Source: Gammaproteobacteria bacterium | GTDB taxonomy: Bacteria; Pseudomonadota; Gammaproteobacteria; JAJDYQ01 | Length of the DNA: 27,509 bases | Assembly: GCA_041572715.1 (NCBI GenBank) | Contig: JBFFRZ010000001.1 | Span: 1-27,509, forward strand | Direction of reading: 5' to 3' | Shown: piece by piece, positions 8,828-17,722 of the stretch | Layout: every line of letters starts with the position of its first letter | Numbering within the stretch: position 1 is the stretch's first letter | Program-made: the position numbers and the translations under genes | The notes under the pieces: model-generated | The model's input: the letters and a program-made list of their open reading frames with translations, nothing else | What the model was told of the DNA's origin: nothing | Databases searched by the model: none

Positions 8828-9103
8828 ATGTCATCGCAACACATGACCGTAGACAAAGCCTTTGCCGATCTGAAACAAAAAACGGGAATCCCGCACAAGC
8901 TGGCGTTGTCCGGGAGCCCCGGGTATGGAACCGATACGACTTACGCGGCTGCCCATGAATACGGGGTCGAGGATTGCGTGCGCTTCACGGGCTTTGTGTC
9001 CGACAAGAGTCTATCCGAACTTTATGCCGGTGCTGACCTGTTTGCGCTTCTCGTGCGATCTGCAGACGGGGTTGTCCGCGATGCAATAGCCAACCGCAGA
9101 TAA
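8828..9103 (+). pseudogene. Chimeric relic ORF (91 aa): STAS N-terminus fused to an internally deleted GT4 C-terminal fragment
   Basis: MSSQHMTVD resembles STAS MSLQHTTED; KAFADLKQKTGIPHKL...YAGADLFA, VVRDA and ANRR* match the GT4 at 7262; the E-x7-E motif is deleted. Confidence 0.85.
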
Positions 9104-9117
9104 GCAAGTACTACAAC

Positions 9118-10023
9118 ATGTCTTCAGCCATTAACACTTCCCCTAATAACACCGTTACGCGGCTGCGCAACAGGGAAATACCCCTGGCCATGCTGGCATC
9201 CCGACCTTTCGAGCTCGTCCGGGACACTCGCTGTTATTACCCGGCAGAGGAACATGAACAAGCATATGCTGCCATGAATTATCTCTTCCAGGAAAGAAAC
9301 CTGGGCATGGGCCAATTAACCGGTGATGCAGGTACCGGCAAAACACTCATCAGGACGCTGCTGTTCAACACGCTCGATCCACAGCGTTATGTCAGGGTCA
9401 GTATTGAAAACTCTTTGCTTGATTTTGACGGTATGTTACTTGAAATCATTAGCCAGATCCGCCGTGTGCGTGTCACTTCACAGGAACTGGCCGATCGCTA
9501 TAGCCGCCTGTCGACATTCAAGCAACTATTACGTACTCACGTTGAATCCAGTGGGAAACACCTGGCCATTTTTATCGACGAAGCCCAGGACATGGATGTG
9601 ACCACTCTCAAGAACGTTACAGCATTAACCAATATCTCAATGGAACACCAGCAGCTGCTAACCATAGCTTTCTTTGCGTCTGCAGACGTTGGTGCGATCA
9701 CCAGTCATATCCCCGGCATAGACCAGCGCATCGCCATCAAAAAGAGACTGGCCAGCCTGCCCCGGCAAGCCCAGGACGACTACGTCGCACACAGATTAAA
9801 ACTGTCAGGCTGGGATCAACCCCTGCCATTTAGCACCGAGATTCTTGATCACATGTATGAAACAGCAAAGGGCAATCCAAGAATTATCAATGTGATCTTT
9901 AACCATGCGATTAGGTTTGCACAGGATAATGCGCAGGGTCTTGATAACATCAGTCTTGATCATGCCATCAACTTGTATACGCATAATCGATCCGGGCATG
10001 AGACTGCGGGCATGTTGTTATAA
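9118..10023 (+). CDS. ExeA/GspA-like AAA+ ATPase (similar in type to ATPases of PEP-CTERM/EPS loci)
   Basis: RPF motif, Walker A GDAGTGKT, Walker B IFIDEAQD, DQRI and GNPRIIN motifs. Confidence 0.9.
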   Translation: MSSAINTSPNNTVTRLRNREIPLAMLASRPFELVRDTRCYYPAEEHEQAYAAMNYLFQERNLGMGQLTGDAGTGKTLIRTLLFNTLDPQRYVRVSIENSLLDFDGMLLEIISQIRRVRVTSQELADRYSRLSTFKQLLRTHVESSGKHLAIFIDEAQDMDVTTLKNVTALTNISMEHQQLLTIAFFASADVGAITSHIPGIDQRIAIKKRLASLPRQAQDDYVAHRLKLSGWDQPLPFSTEILDHMYETAKGNPRIINVIFNHAIRFAQDNAQGLDNISLDHAINLYTHNRSGHETAGMLL

Positions 10024-10035
10024 ACGGGCACACTG

Positions 10036-12267
10036 ATGAACGCTTCAAACGACATAGGGAAATATCAACCCGCCAGCGACAATCCGGAATGGGATGTTTC
10101 GCCGGCGACAACCAGCAACACGAATGCCGCTGGCACTTTTCACCCGGTAATGCCTGATATCGAGTACCAGGATACGGATGAGGCCGAAAATCAACTCAAC
10201 ATAGACATCCATCGGTATATAACCGGCATCTGGGAACGACGCTGGCAGTCGCTTGCAATCATGGTAACCGTGACTGGCCTCATCCTGATGTTCATTCTGT
10301 TTGGTATGTCCAGAAACTGGCAGGCCTCTACCACGCTGATTAAACGTGACCACCAGGATAACCTTACACTGGCCGAGCGTAACCCATTCAAATTTCAGGA
10401 ATACAACCTGTCAACACTGCTTGATACGTTAAAGTTACCCAGCTCACTGGACCGGATAAGACAGAAAGCAAATCTTGGTGTCAGCCTGACCACCCTGGCC
10501 ACCGCCATAGATGTTGCTATCGGAAAAGATTCCAAGATCATCAATATCAAGATGACATGGGACGACTCAGATATGGCCGCAAAACTTGCCAACCTGGTTT
10601 CACAGACGTTTATTGACCGCACCCGTCGCCTGCTGCGCGATGATGCCAAAGCCGCACACGAATACTATAGCGCTCAGCTCAGTACCACCAGGGACCAGGC
10701 CGGAAAGCTTGCGGCGCGTGTCATGGAGTTCAAGCAGAAAAACAATATTTCAGATCTGGACACCGAAACCAAAGTAATACTCGAAGAGATGTCCCGGCTT
10801 CAGGGCGAATACAATTCCCGAATCGCGGAGGCAGATGCATTACGTGAAGCAAAGATACGACTGCAAGAGGCTCTTGTCGATGAGCCTGACAAGGTAATTA
10901 CCTACACGATCTTTCGCAGCCCGCTTAAATCCCGTCTCGCAGAGTATGAATGGGAACTGCGAGATGCCCTCAGTAAATACACAGAAAAGAATCCGAAGGT
11001 AATAAAGCTCCGCGAACGCATCGATGCGCTCAGCAAGCTGATTGAGCAAAGCAAAGATGAACAGGTTCCAGAAAACACCTACACCAATAATACCAAGCGT
11101 GAAGAAATGGAACTTCGCCAGCAGGAACTGGCCGACGAAATCCAGATGCGAGAGGCACAGGCCAAGGCACTGAACAATACGCTGGGCGAAATGAAAAACA
11201 AGCTATCCGTCCTTGGAGCATGGGACAGGGATTACCTGATGTTGAAAACCCAGCTTGATGGAATGCTTGATCTTGAAAATCACCTGGCGCGACGCGTTGA
11301 AGAGACACGACTGGCAATGCAACGCAATGACGCGATATTCGATGTGGTTGAATACGCCATCCCGCCGGTAGACCCTTTACCTTCCGGTAGAAGACTACTG
11401 GCCATTGCTGCATTGTTTATGGGACTGATGAGTGGTTTTCTTTATGCAATATCAAGAGAATTCCTGGACCCATTCATTCGCTCGTCGCGCGACCTGGACA
11501 AGCTGGTATCGTCAGATGCCATACTTGAAGTGGCACATGATAAAGAGCAAGTACCTGTCATCGATGTCAACAATCCGATCAGCCCACTTGCGAATCGCTA
11601 TAGAAGCTTTGTCAATGAGATTGACGCAATCGATCCGGCGGACAAATATGCCCCTATCGCCATACTCAGCCTGGAGCCTGGATCGGGCAGATCTGCCGCA
11701 GCTGCAAATCTGGCATTGACCCGATCAATAAAGGGGCAAAAGATCCTGTTGCTTGATGCAGATCTAAGAGCCAACGCTGGCCGCCGTCCAGACACTAAAC
11801 TTGACATGACGAAACAGCAGGTGCCTGGATTATATGAATACCTCACGCAAGGCACAGAACCAGTCGCTCAACAGGATGACACAGCACATATCAGCGTCAT
11901 CAATGCAGGCGCAGATATCAAGGACAGTAGTGGCCTGCTCAAGCTCGGCCAGGTAAACCTCAAGGCCCTCATATCAAGGCACTTCCATGACAGTTTTTCT
12001 TTCATTGAGCTTCCGCCAGCACTGGGGCTTGAAGTATCACTGGAACAGGCATCGCTGATTGGTCGCGCCATTATTGTTACAAGAAGCGGCCACACGCGCC
12101 GAAAAGATATCAAGCAGTATCTGGATCAACTGCAAAAAAGAGGCATCAATTGTCTCGGCATGATTGTCAATGACGTCGCACCAGCACGCATGTCTATCAG
12201 CAATGAACTTAACGAATCGAATTATCACAAATATCAATATTCATACGAGGTTTCCGCCAATGCTTAA
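10036..12267 (+). CDS. Wzc/GumC-like polysaccharide co-polymerase with degenerate BY-kinase domain
   Basis: Two TM segments flanking a long coiled-coil region; C-terminal PGSGRS...NLA, LLLDADLR, IELPP and a Tyr-rich tail NYHKYQYSY. Confidence 0.88.
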   Translation: MNASNDIGKYQPASDNPEWDVSPATTSNTNAAGTFHPVMPDIEYQDTDEAENQLNIDIHRYITGIWERRWQSLAIMVTVTGLILMFILFGMSRNWQASTTLIKRDHQDNLTLAERNPFKFQEYNLSTLLDTLKLPSSLDRIRQKANLGVSLTTLATAIDVAIGKDSKIINIKMTWDDSDMAAKLANLVSQTFIDRTRRLLRDDAKAAHEYYSAQLSTTRDQAGKLAARVMEFKQKNNISDLDTETKVILEEMSRLQGEYNSRIAEADALREAKIRLQEALVDEPDKVITYTIFRSPLKSRLAEYEWELRDALSKYTEKNPKVIKLRERIDALSKLIEQSKDEQVPENTYTNNTKREEMELRQQELADEIQMREAQAKALNNTLGEMKNKLSVLGAWDRDYLMLKTQLDGMLDLENHLARRVEETRLAMQRNDAIFDVVEYAIPPVDPLPSGRRLLAIAALFMGLMSGFLYAISREFLDPFIRSSRDLDKLVSSDAILEVAHDKEQVPVIDVNNPISPLANRYRSFVNEIDAIDPADKYAPIAILSLEPGSGRSAAAANLALTRSIKGQKILLLDADLRANAGRRPDTKLDMTKQQVPGLYEYLTQGTEPVAQQDDTAHISVINAGADIKDSSGLLKLGQVNLKALISRHFHDSFSFIELPPALGLEVSLEQASLIGRAIIVTRSGHTRRKDIKQYLDQLQKRGINCLGMIVNDVAPARMSISNELNESNYHKYQYSYEVSANA

Positions 12268-13309
12268 CATACGTCATACCTTATTAACACTAGCTATTAC
12301 CGTCTTTTTGAATGGCTGTATCACTGTACCAAGCTTCAACAATGACGTCAGCCAGGAACAGGTGCCCGTCATCCAGCAGACTGCAAATAATGTAGAGGTA
12401 ACTCAACCTGTGCGGTCTTCAGAGGATCAGCTGAAGGAACTGGAGCGACTGAAAAAAAGCCAGCAGAATGTACCAACATTGGGGCGTGGAGATATTCTCA
12501 ATGTATCGGTATATGATGAACCCGATTTGACTATCAGGGGCATCCCAGTTCGACCTGATGGGAAAATTTCGTTTCCACTTGTTGGCGATGTTCAAGCCGA
12601 AGGTCTTACAGTTGCAGATCTGGCAGATACACTGACAAAAAGGCTGGCGCAATACATGCTGGCACCTAAAGTATCCGTAATCGTCCAGGAGTTTAACAGC
12701 CAGCAATACACAATATTCGGCGAGGTGGTTAAACCCGGTGTATATCCTCTTAAAACAAATGTCAGCATAACCGATGCACTTGCATCAGCTGGTGGATTAA
12801 ACAAGGGACAGTTTCGAGCTACATCTGTGGAACTGGCTGACCTCACCCATGCCTATATAGCGCGTGATGGCCAGGTACTACCAGTGGATTTTGTCAAGCT
12901 GATACGGCAGGGAGATTTACGCTACAACGTCTCGCTTCAGGCCGGTGATTACATCTATATACCTTCTGGCCTGGCCAAGGAAGTATACATACTGGGTGAA
13001 GTCAGGAAGCCGATGCTGTTCGCCTTCCGGGAGAATATGCCGATGTCGCGCACGCTGGCACAGGCGGAAGGATTCACCCCTGATGCGGACCTGAGTCGCA
13101 TCCATATACTTCGCGGTGCATTGCATAACCCGACTATCATCGAGATAGATTTTAAAGAGGTACTGAAAGGGAACGCTCGCGAGATTGCACTGCAAGCCGG
13201 TGATGTCATTTATGTGCCGCCTACCGGGCTGACCTCGTTTTCTCGTATGATGAGCAAGATTCTGCCAACAATCAGCGCGCTGCAAGGTAATCTTTTTACT
13301 TCAAGTTAA
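12260..13309 (+). CDS. wza: Wza-like outer-membrane polysaccharide export lipoprotein
   Basis: Lipobox FLNGC; Poly_export motif GDILNVSV...VRPDGKISFPLVG; SLBB repeats; C-terminal amphipathic helix; GAGG upstream of the 12260 ATG. Confidence 0.9.
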   Translation: MLNIRHTLLTLAITVFLNGCITVPSFNNDVSQEQVPVIQQTANNVEVTQPVRSSEDQLKELERLKKSQQNVPTLGRGDILNVSVYDEPDLTIRGIPVRPDGKISFPLVGDVQAEGLTVADLADTLTKRLAQYMLAPKVSVIVQEFNSQQYTIFGEVVKPGVYPLKTNVSITDALASAGGLNKGQFRATSVELADLTHAYIARDGQVLPVDFVKLIRQGDLRYNVSLQAGDYIYIPSGLAKEVYILGEVRKPMLFAFRENMPMSRTLAQAEGFTPDADLSRIHILRGALHNPTIIEIDFKEVLKGNAREIALQAGDVIYVPPTGLTSFSRMMSKILPTISALQGNLFTSS

Positions 13310-13330
13310 CCCAATACTATCGGCCTCCAT

Positions 13331-15616
13331 ATGTCTGTTGCTCGCCTGGCTGCCTTCGCAATAGTCTGTACGTTCACAGGCATATGGTCCTACCTCGCTA
13401 CTGCAAATGGTAACGCAGTAGTGAGACTACATGACATCAAGCTTGGTTCCGGGATCACATCCCCCGTCGCGGACTGTGAGCCATTTCTTGGATGTTACTC
13501 CGGGAGTGACAGGAACAGTATACTTTACCTCCAATTGCTTTCTGCCAATGCGTTGATGGTGGCATTTAATGGCGATCTCCCCATTGAAGTGCCACTTACA
13601 AATTACCTGTTAAGTGAAGTAAGTCATGAAGGCACCCCGTCACCTGTCACAGCCTCGTTAGCGGGAGAGTCCCGAACTGTTGTTGGCTTTACCCGGACGA
13701 CAGAATACCCTCTTACAGAGCAGCGCATCCACCTGCATTTTCCGATAGCGATGAAGCACAATAAAAGCTATCGACTACATGTGAAAGACAAGCCAGGGCT
13801 GGCCATAAATTTCACGTTCAGTGATAAGTTCATATCACCGAGCATACAGGTAAACCAGGTTGGTTATCTCCCGGTCAGCCGCAAGGTTGGCATAATCGGT
13901 AACTGGCTAGGCACTGCCGGCCCGATGCCGGTTGCGTCATCTCACTTTGAGATCATCGATCAGGCTAGCGGAAAAATCATACTCAGGCGGCCACTAAGCC
14001 TTGTATCCAAGCATGACGAATGGAGCGGTAACCGCGTTTATCATGCTGACTTTACTTCAGTTCAGCGCCCCGGAGATTATTATCTCAGTGCGCCCGGGGT
14101 GGGTATCTCTCATAGCTTTTCCATCAATCACGATGTCTATCGTGCAGTATCTCGACATGTTTTTCGACTGTTCTATCACTCGAGAAACTCAATCCCGATA
14201 CTGGAAAAATATTCAGACAGAGGTTTTTCGCGTCCGTCCGGAATACCTTCTTCGCTCAACGGGATCGTGCACCCTGCGATTAAACGTTCACCATTTGACT
14301 ACGAAAAGAATCCCGGCGACAAAATCAACATCAGCGGTGGCTGGTTTGATGCAGGCGACTATGGACAGTATGTCGTTAATGCAGCTCCGGTCTGGCACGC
14401 GTTCTCTGTGGGTTATGATTTGTCTGCGAATGTCATGAATAATGATGACATGGGCCTGCCGGAAAGTGGTAACGGACAATCCGATTTTATTGACGAACTG
14501 GAATGGGGTATGCAATGGATGCGGGCCATGCAGGATCCAGGCGACGGCGGTGTGTACTCGCGACTGGTACCCGTTAACTGGGATACACAATTACCACAGG
14601 ATGTTGAGACGCCTCGCTATTTGTTTGAAAAAACCACGCACGCCACCGCATCGTTTGCTGCGACGCTGGCGATCCATGCCCGCATGCTTGAGACCGTTAC
14701 GGACCTGGGCACACAGGATTTAGTCACACAGGCCGAACTGGCCTGGGACTTTATAACGCATCAACCATCATGGCCCGAAGAAGGCGATCGATATGTAAAT
14801 CCACACGGTGTGCATGCGGGAGAATACCCTGACAAGTCGTCGATCGATAATCGGCTGTGGGCAGCCGGGGAGCTATATCGCTTGACCGGCAATGCTCGCT
14901 ACATGCAGGCGTTTGTTGCCTTGTTCAACAAGATCCAAGTAGACCCGACAGCTTTGACCAGCTTCAAGGATCAACTGCTCGCCGCTTGCTGGGCACTCGT
15001 GATGGCCGAGCATGAAGGTAAACCGGTAGACGAGCATACGAGTGAACAGGTCAGAAAAATACTGCTTTCCTCGGCTGACTGGTTAATAAGGATGACTGAC
15101 AACCACCCCTACCTTGCGCCAATGCATCACGACTTGCGCTTTACCGGTTGGGGGTCCTTTGCCCATTCTACCCGGGCTATCCTGCCACTCCTGCAGGCTT
15201 ACGCACTAACCAAAAAACAGGTCTACCTGGATTATGCCATGCAAATGAGCAACCCCCAGCTTGGAACCAATCCGCAATCCATTTCATACATAACTGGTAT
15301 CGGCTCACGTTCACCAAAATACCCGTTATCAAAATTAAGTCAGTTCAGCGGGCTTAATAGGCCATTAACCGGCATCCCGGTCAATGGACCACATTATCAT
15401 CTCCCCGCTTTATGGAACTCAACGCGCAAGGTCAACAGTACTTATGTTCCGCTTGAGCAGCGCTCCGACAGCGCCGAAAAGGAAGGTAATGCCCAAATAA
15501 CCTACCCTGCGTTAAGGCGCTATATCGATGCCACGCCACTGCCACCTATGTCAGAGCCGACTGTCGCTGAATATGCACGTACCGCGATAGGGTTGGCGCT
15601 ACTGAAACAAAACTAG
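13331..15616 (+). CDS. Secreted glycoside hydrolase family 9 with N-terminal extension and Ig-like domain
   Basis: Signal-peptide-like N-terminus, VNQVGYLP (CelD_N-type), GGWFDAGDYG, GTNP..ISYITGIG and EPT near the C-terminus. Confidence 0.85.
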   Translation: MSVARLAAFAIVCTFTGIWSYLATANGNAVVRLHDIKLGSGITSPVADCEPFLGCYSGSDRNSILYLQLLSANALMVAFNGDLPIEVPLTNYLLSEVSHEGTPSPVTASLAGESRTVVGFTRTTEYPLTEQRIHLHFPIAMKHNKSYRLHVKDKPGLAINFTFSDKFISPSIQVNQVGYLPVSRKVGIIGNWLGTAGPMPVASSHFEIIDQASGKIILRRPLSLVSKHDEWSGNRVYHADFTSVQRPGDYYLSAPGVGISHSFSINHDVYRAVSRHVFRLFYHSRNSIPILEKYSDRGFSRPSGIPSSLNGIVHPAIKRSPFDYEKNPGDKINISGGWFDAGDYGQYVVNAAPVWHAFSVGYDLSANVMNNDDMGLPESGNGQSDFIDELEWGMQWMRAMQDPGDGGVYSRLVPVNWDTQLPQDVETPRYLFEKTTHATASFAATLAIHARMLETVTDLGTQDLVTQAELAWDFITHQPSWPEEGDRYVNPHGVHAGEYPDKSSIDNRLWAAGELYRLTGNARYMQAFVALFNKIQVDPTALTSFKDQLLAACWALVMAEHEGKPVDEHTSEQVRKILLSSADWLIRMTDNHPYLAPMHHDLRFTGWGSFAHSTRAILPLLQAYALTKKQVYLDYAMQMSNPQLGTNPQSISYITGIGSRSPKYPLSKLSQFSGLNRPLTGIPVNGPHYHLPALWNSTRKVNSTYVPLEQRSDSAEKEGNAQITYPALRRYIDATPLPPMSEPTVAEYARTAIGLALLKQN

Positions 15617-15646
15617 CTAGTCTACAAAATAAATTTCTGCCCGCGA

Positions 15647-16795
15647 TCAGGCGTAGCGTGGCCATGCAATAAAATAATGCCCGGTTAGCTGGTCAACTGT
15701 AAGTTGTGTTTTCTGACCCAGCAATGCTGGCAGGTCTGCCGGGCTATTTCCTTTTGACGATTGCTGCAACAATAATGATGGCAGTATTCCAATCATGCGC
15801 TCACGTGGATACCTGCGAGCGATAAACAGATGTGTCATTGTATGCATCAACCCAAAATCCCGGATGGTAATCAGTATGTTTTTCAGTGCGTTTTCTGACT
15901 CAGACTGTCCTTTGCTGATTTCTATAGATGCATACTGCTGCCAATCACCAATATCATATCCCAGCCTGTTCGATTCAAATTTCCTGAGTGTCTCAAGCCA
16001 GCAGGAAACCGTCCTGTCTTGCCAGTTCACCGGGTCTTCATCAGCATACTTTTCCGGCACAGGGTTAAACTTGTATCGAACTGCCTCCCGATACAGGATC
16101 ATGAAGTTCTCTACAGGGTATATGGACATTTGTTCCAGCCGGTCCAATTTCTCATGATATGACGGATGATAACGATCATGCATCGCAAGCCATGTGTCTC
16201 CACAAGCCAGAACTGCCTTGAATATATAACGGTAAAACTGTTCGGTCTCATGTGCTGCTACATCCCCGGTTTCATCGAGCACTTGCCTGTTCATCAATAG
16301 CAGGCTGCCACGGTTATTCATCAGCCGTGTAAACTCGCCCGCAGGCAGTGTTTGCCAGGGCATTGGTGGCATGCTGGCCAGAACATTAATATCTCCAGCG
16401 ATAACCTGATGGCCCCACTGCATCTCGGAGTGCATCAGGGTAAATGGCAGGCTGGCTATGTCTTCCAGGCGTAAAACTGCAACATCGACCTCGACATCGA
16501 CCAGCCTGTGCAGCTGGTGTGCCAGGGGTTGAAGTTGTTTTTGCAGCTTTCTCGCAGCACGCCGTGACGCGCCCTTGACCACCAGGAAGTAATCGTAGTC
16601 ATTGTATGGATAGGGCTTACCATCCTTCCAGTAATATCCACCCTCTCCCCGTCCATAACCACCAATCAATACCAGGGCATGAAACAGGCGTTTATCAACG
16701 GCACTGGTAAGATAACTGGAAATAATTTGCTGGTCCCGGGCAATTCTCCGCTCTGCAGCAGCACAGCCATCATGGGTATGTATTTTTGTATTCAT
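15647..16795 (-). CDS. Uncharacterised pol-beta-superfamily nucleotidyltransferase-like protein
   Basis: LVLIGGYGRGEG followed by NDYDYFLV (hG[GS]...DxD) and a later VEVDV acidic strand; GGAG Shine-Dalgarno. Confidence 0.75.
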   Translation of the reverse strand: MNTKIHTHDGCAAAERRIARDQQIISSYLTSAVDKRLFHALVLIGGYGRGEGGYYWKDGKPYPYNDYDYFLVVKGASRRAARKLQKQLQPLAHQLHRLVDVEVDVAVLRLEDIASLPFTLMHSEMQWGHQVIAGDINVLASMPPMPWQTLPAGEFTRLMNNRGSLLLMNRQVLDETGDVAAHETEQFYRYIFKAVLACGDTWLAMHDRYHPSYHEKLDRLEQMSIYPVENFMILYREAVRYKFNPVPEKYADEDPVNWQDRTVSCWLETLRKFESNRLGYDIGDWQQYASIEISKGQSESENALKNILITIRDFGLMHTMTHLFIARRYPRERMIGILPSLLLQQSSKGNSPADLPALLGQKTQLTVDQLTGHYFIAWPRYA

Positions 16796-16807
16796 TGGTA
16801 ACTCCGC

Positions 16808-17686
16808 TCAAGCGCCGGCAAGCGCAAGCTGCCCATGTTTTAGTCCGCGCCATCTTGCCCATTTCTGCACAAACCTGAGTGGCACACTATGTATCACTGC
16901 ATCCAGTGATCGTGTGCTGAGCGCCCAGCGCACGTCACGGACGATCTCCATCAGGAATGGCAACAGAAAGGTCCTCGGCCATCGTTGGTCCATCTCACCC
17001 CGCCTGAAAATCCAGGCATCAGCAGTTCCCTCACCAAAGTGACGCCGGTAGGACTGCTTCAGGCTGTAATTATGCGAATGCATGGCCGCAGCCTTTGCAA
17101 CATAATGTATACGATAGCCATCGAGGCGCAGACGATAGGACCATTCGATATCCTCCGAGTACTGGATGTTCGTTTCAAAGGGATAGCGCGCCAGAACGCT
17201 GCGACGGGCAGCAGAATTTGCCATGGAAAAGAAGTGAACCCAGCGAGCTGCCTCGGAACCATCACCAAAAGCGCGCTCGGTATCCTTGATAAACAAGCTC
17301 CTGCAATCCTGGCGTGCCACCTGCCTGCCATAAACTGCGCCAATACCAGGATCATCAAGTGGGCGAATGAGGTTTTCCAGCCAACGCTCGTCAGTTGGCG
17401 TTGCATCGGAGTTCAGGAAAACAATAATCTCTGATTCAACAGTACTGACTGCTTCATTCAACACTTTACCGGGATTGTAGGTTTTGGAGCTATTTAGTCG
17501 AATACGATCCGGGTGATTGAACTCGCGTATGATTTCAAGTGTTCCATCTGACGAAGTTGAATCAAAGTTCCATAACTGGTAATCCCGGTAAGTTTGCTTT
17601 TCCAGCATTTCAAGCGTCTGCCGAATAACAGACCGGTCATTGTATGAGCGCATGATAATGGCCACTTTGGGATTTTTACTTGGCAT
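16808..17686 (-). CDS. Glycosyltransferase family 2 (RfbN/rhamnosyltransferase-like)
   Basis: IIMRSYN, FDSTSSDGT, FLNSDA, SEDIEW and HSHNY motifs; GAGGA Shine-Dalgarno. Confidence 0.88.
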   Translation of the reverse strand: MPSKNPKVAIIMRSYNDRSVIRQTLEMLEKQTYRDYQLWNFDSTSSDGTLEIIREFNHPDRIRLNSSKTYNPGKVLNEAVSTVESEIIVFLNSDATPTDERWLENLIRPLDDPGIGAVYGRQVARQDCRSLFIKDTERAFGDGSEAARWVHFFSMANSAARRSVLARYPFETNIQYSEDIEWSYRLRLDGYRIHYVAKAAAMHSHNYSLKQSYRRHFGEGTADAWIFRRGEMDQRWPRTFLLPFLMEIVRDVRWALSTRSLDAVIHSVPLRFVQKWARWRGLKHGQLALAGA

Positions 17687-17722
17687 AATATTCCTCGTTT
17701 ATGTCCAGGGACCGATGTGGTC

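Larger units (their letters stand above)
8598..8856 (+). repeat. Copy 2 of the diverged repeat of 842-1104 (promoter module)
   Basis: See copy 1; offset ~7754 bp measured at the sigma-54 site. Confidence 0.95.

Noticed and set aside
8432-9117. Mosaic region as an IS, MITE or CRISPR remnant
   Set aside because: No transposase, terminal inverted repeats, target duplication or repeat-spacer periodicity; it is explained by local gene fragments.
15617-15646. Terminator between the convergent operons
   Set aside because: No convincing hairpin in the 30 bp gap.
15647-16795. Nucleotidyltransferase as a CBASS cyclase or MNT antitoxin
   Set aside because: No cap effector or HEPN toxin neighbour; it is embedded in a glycosyltransferase operon.
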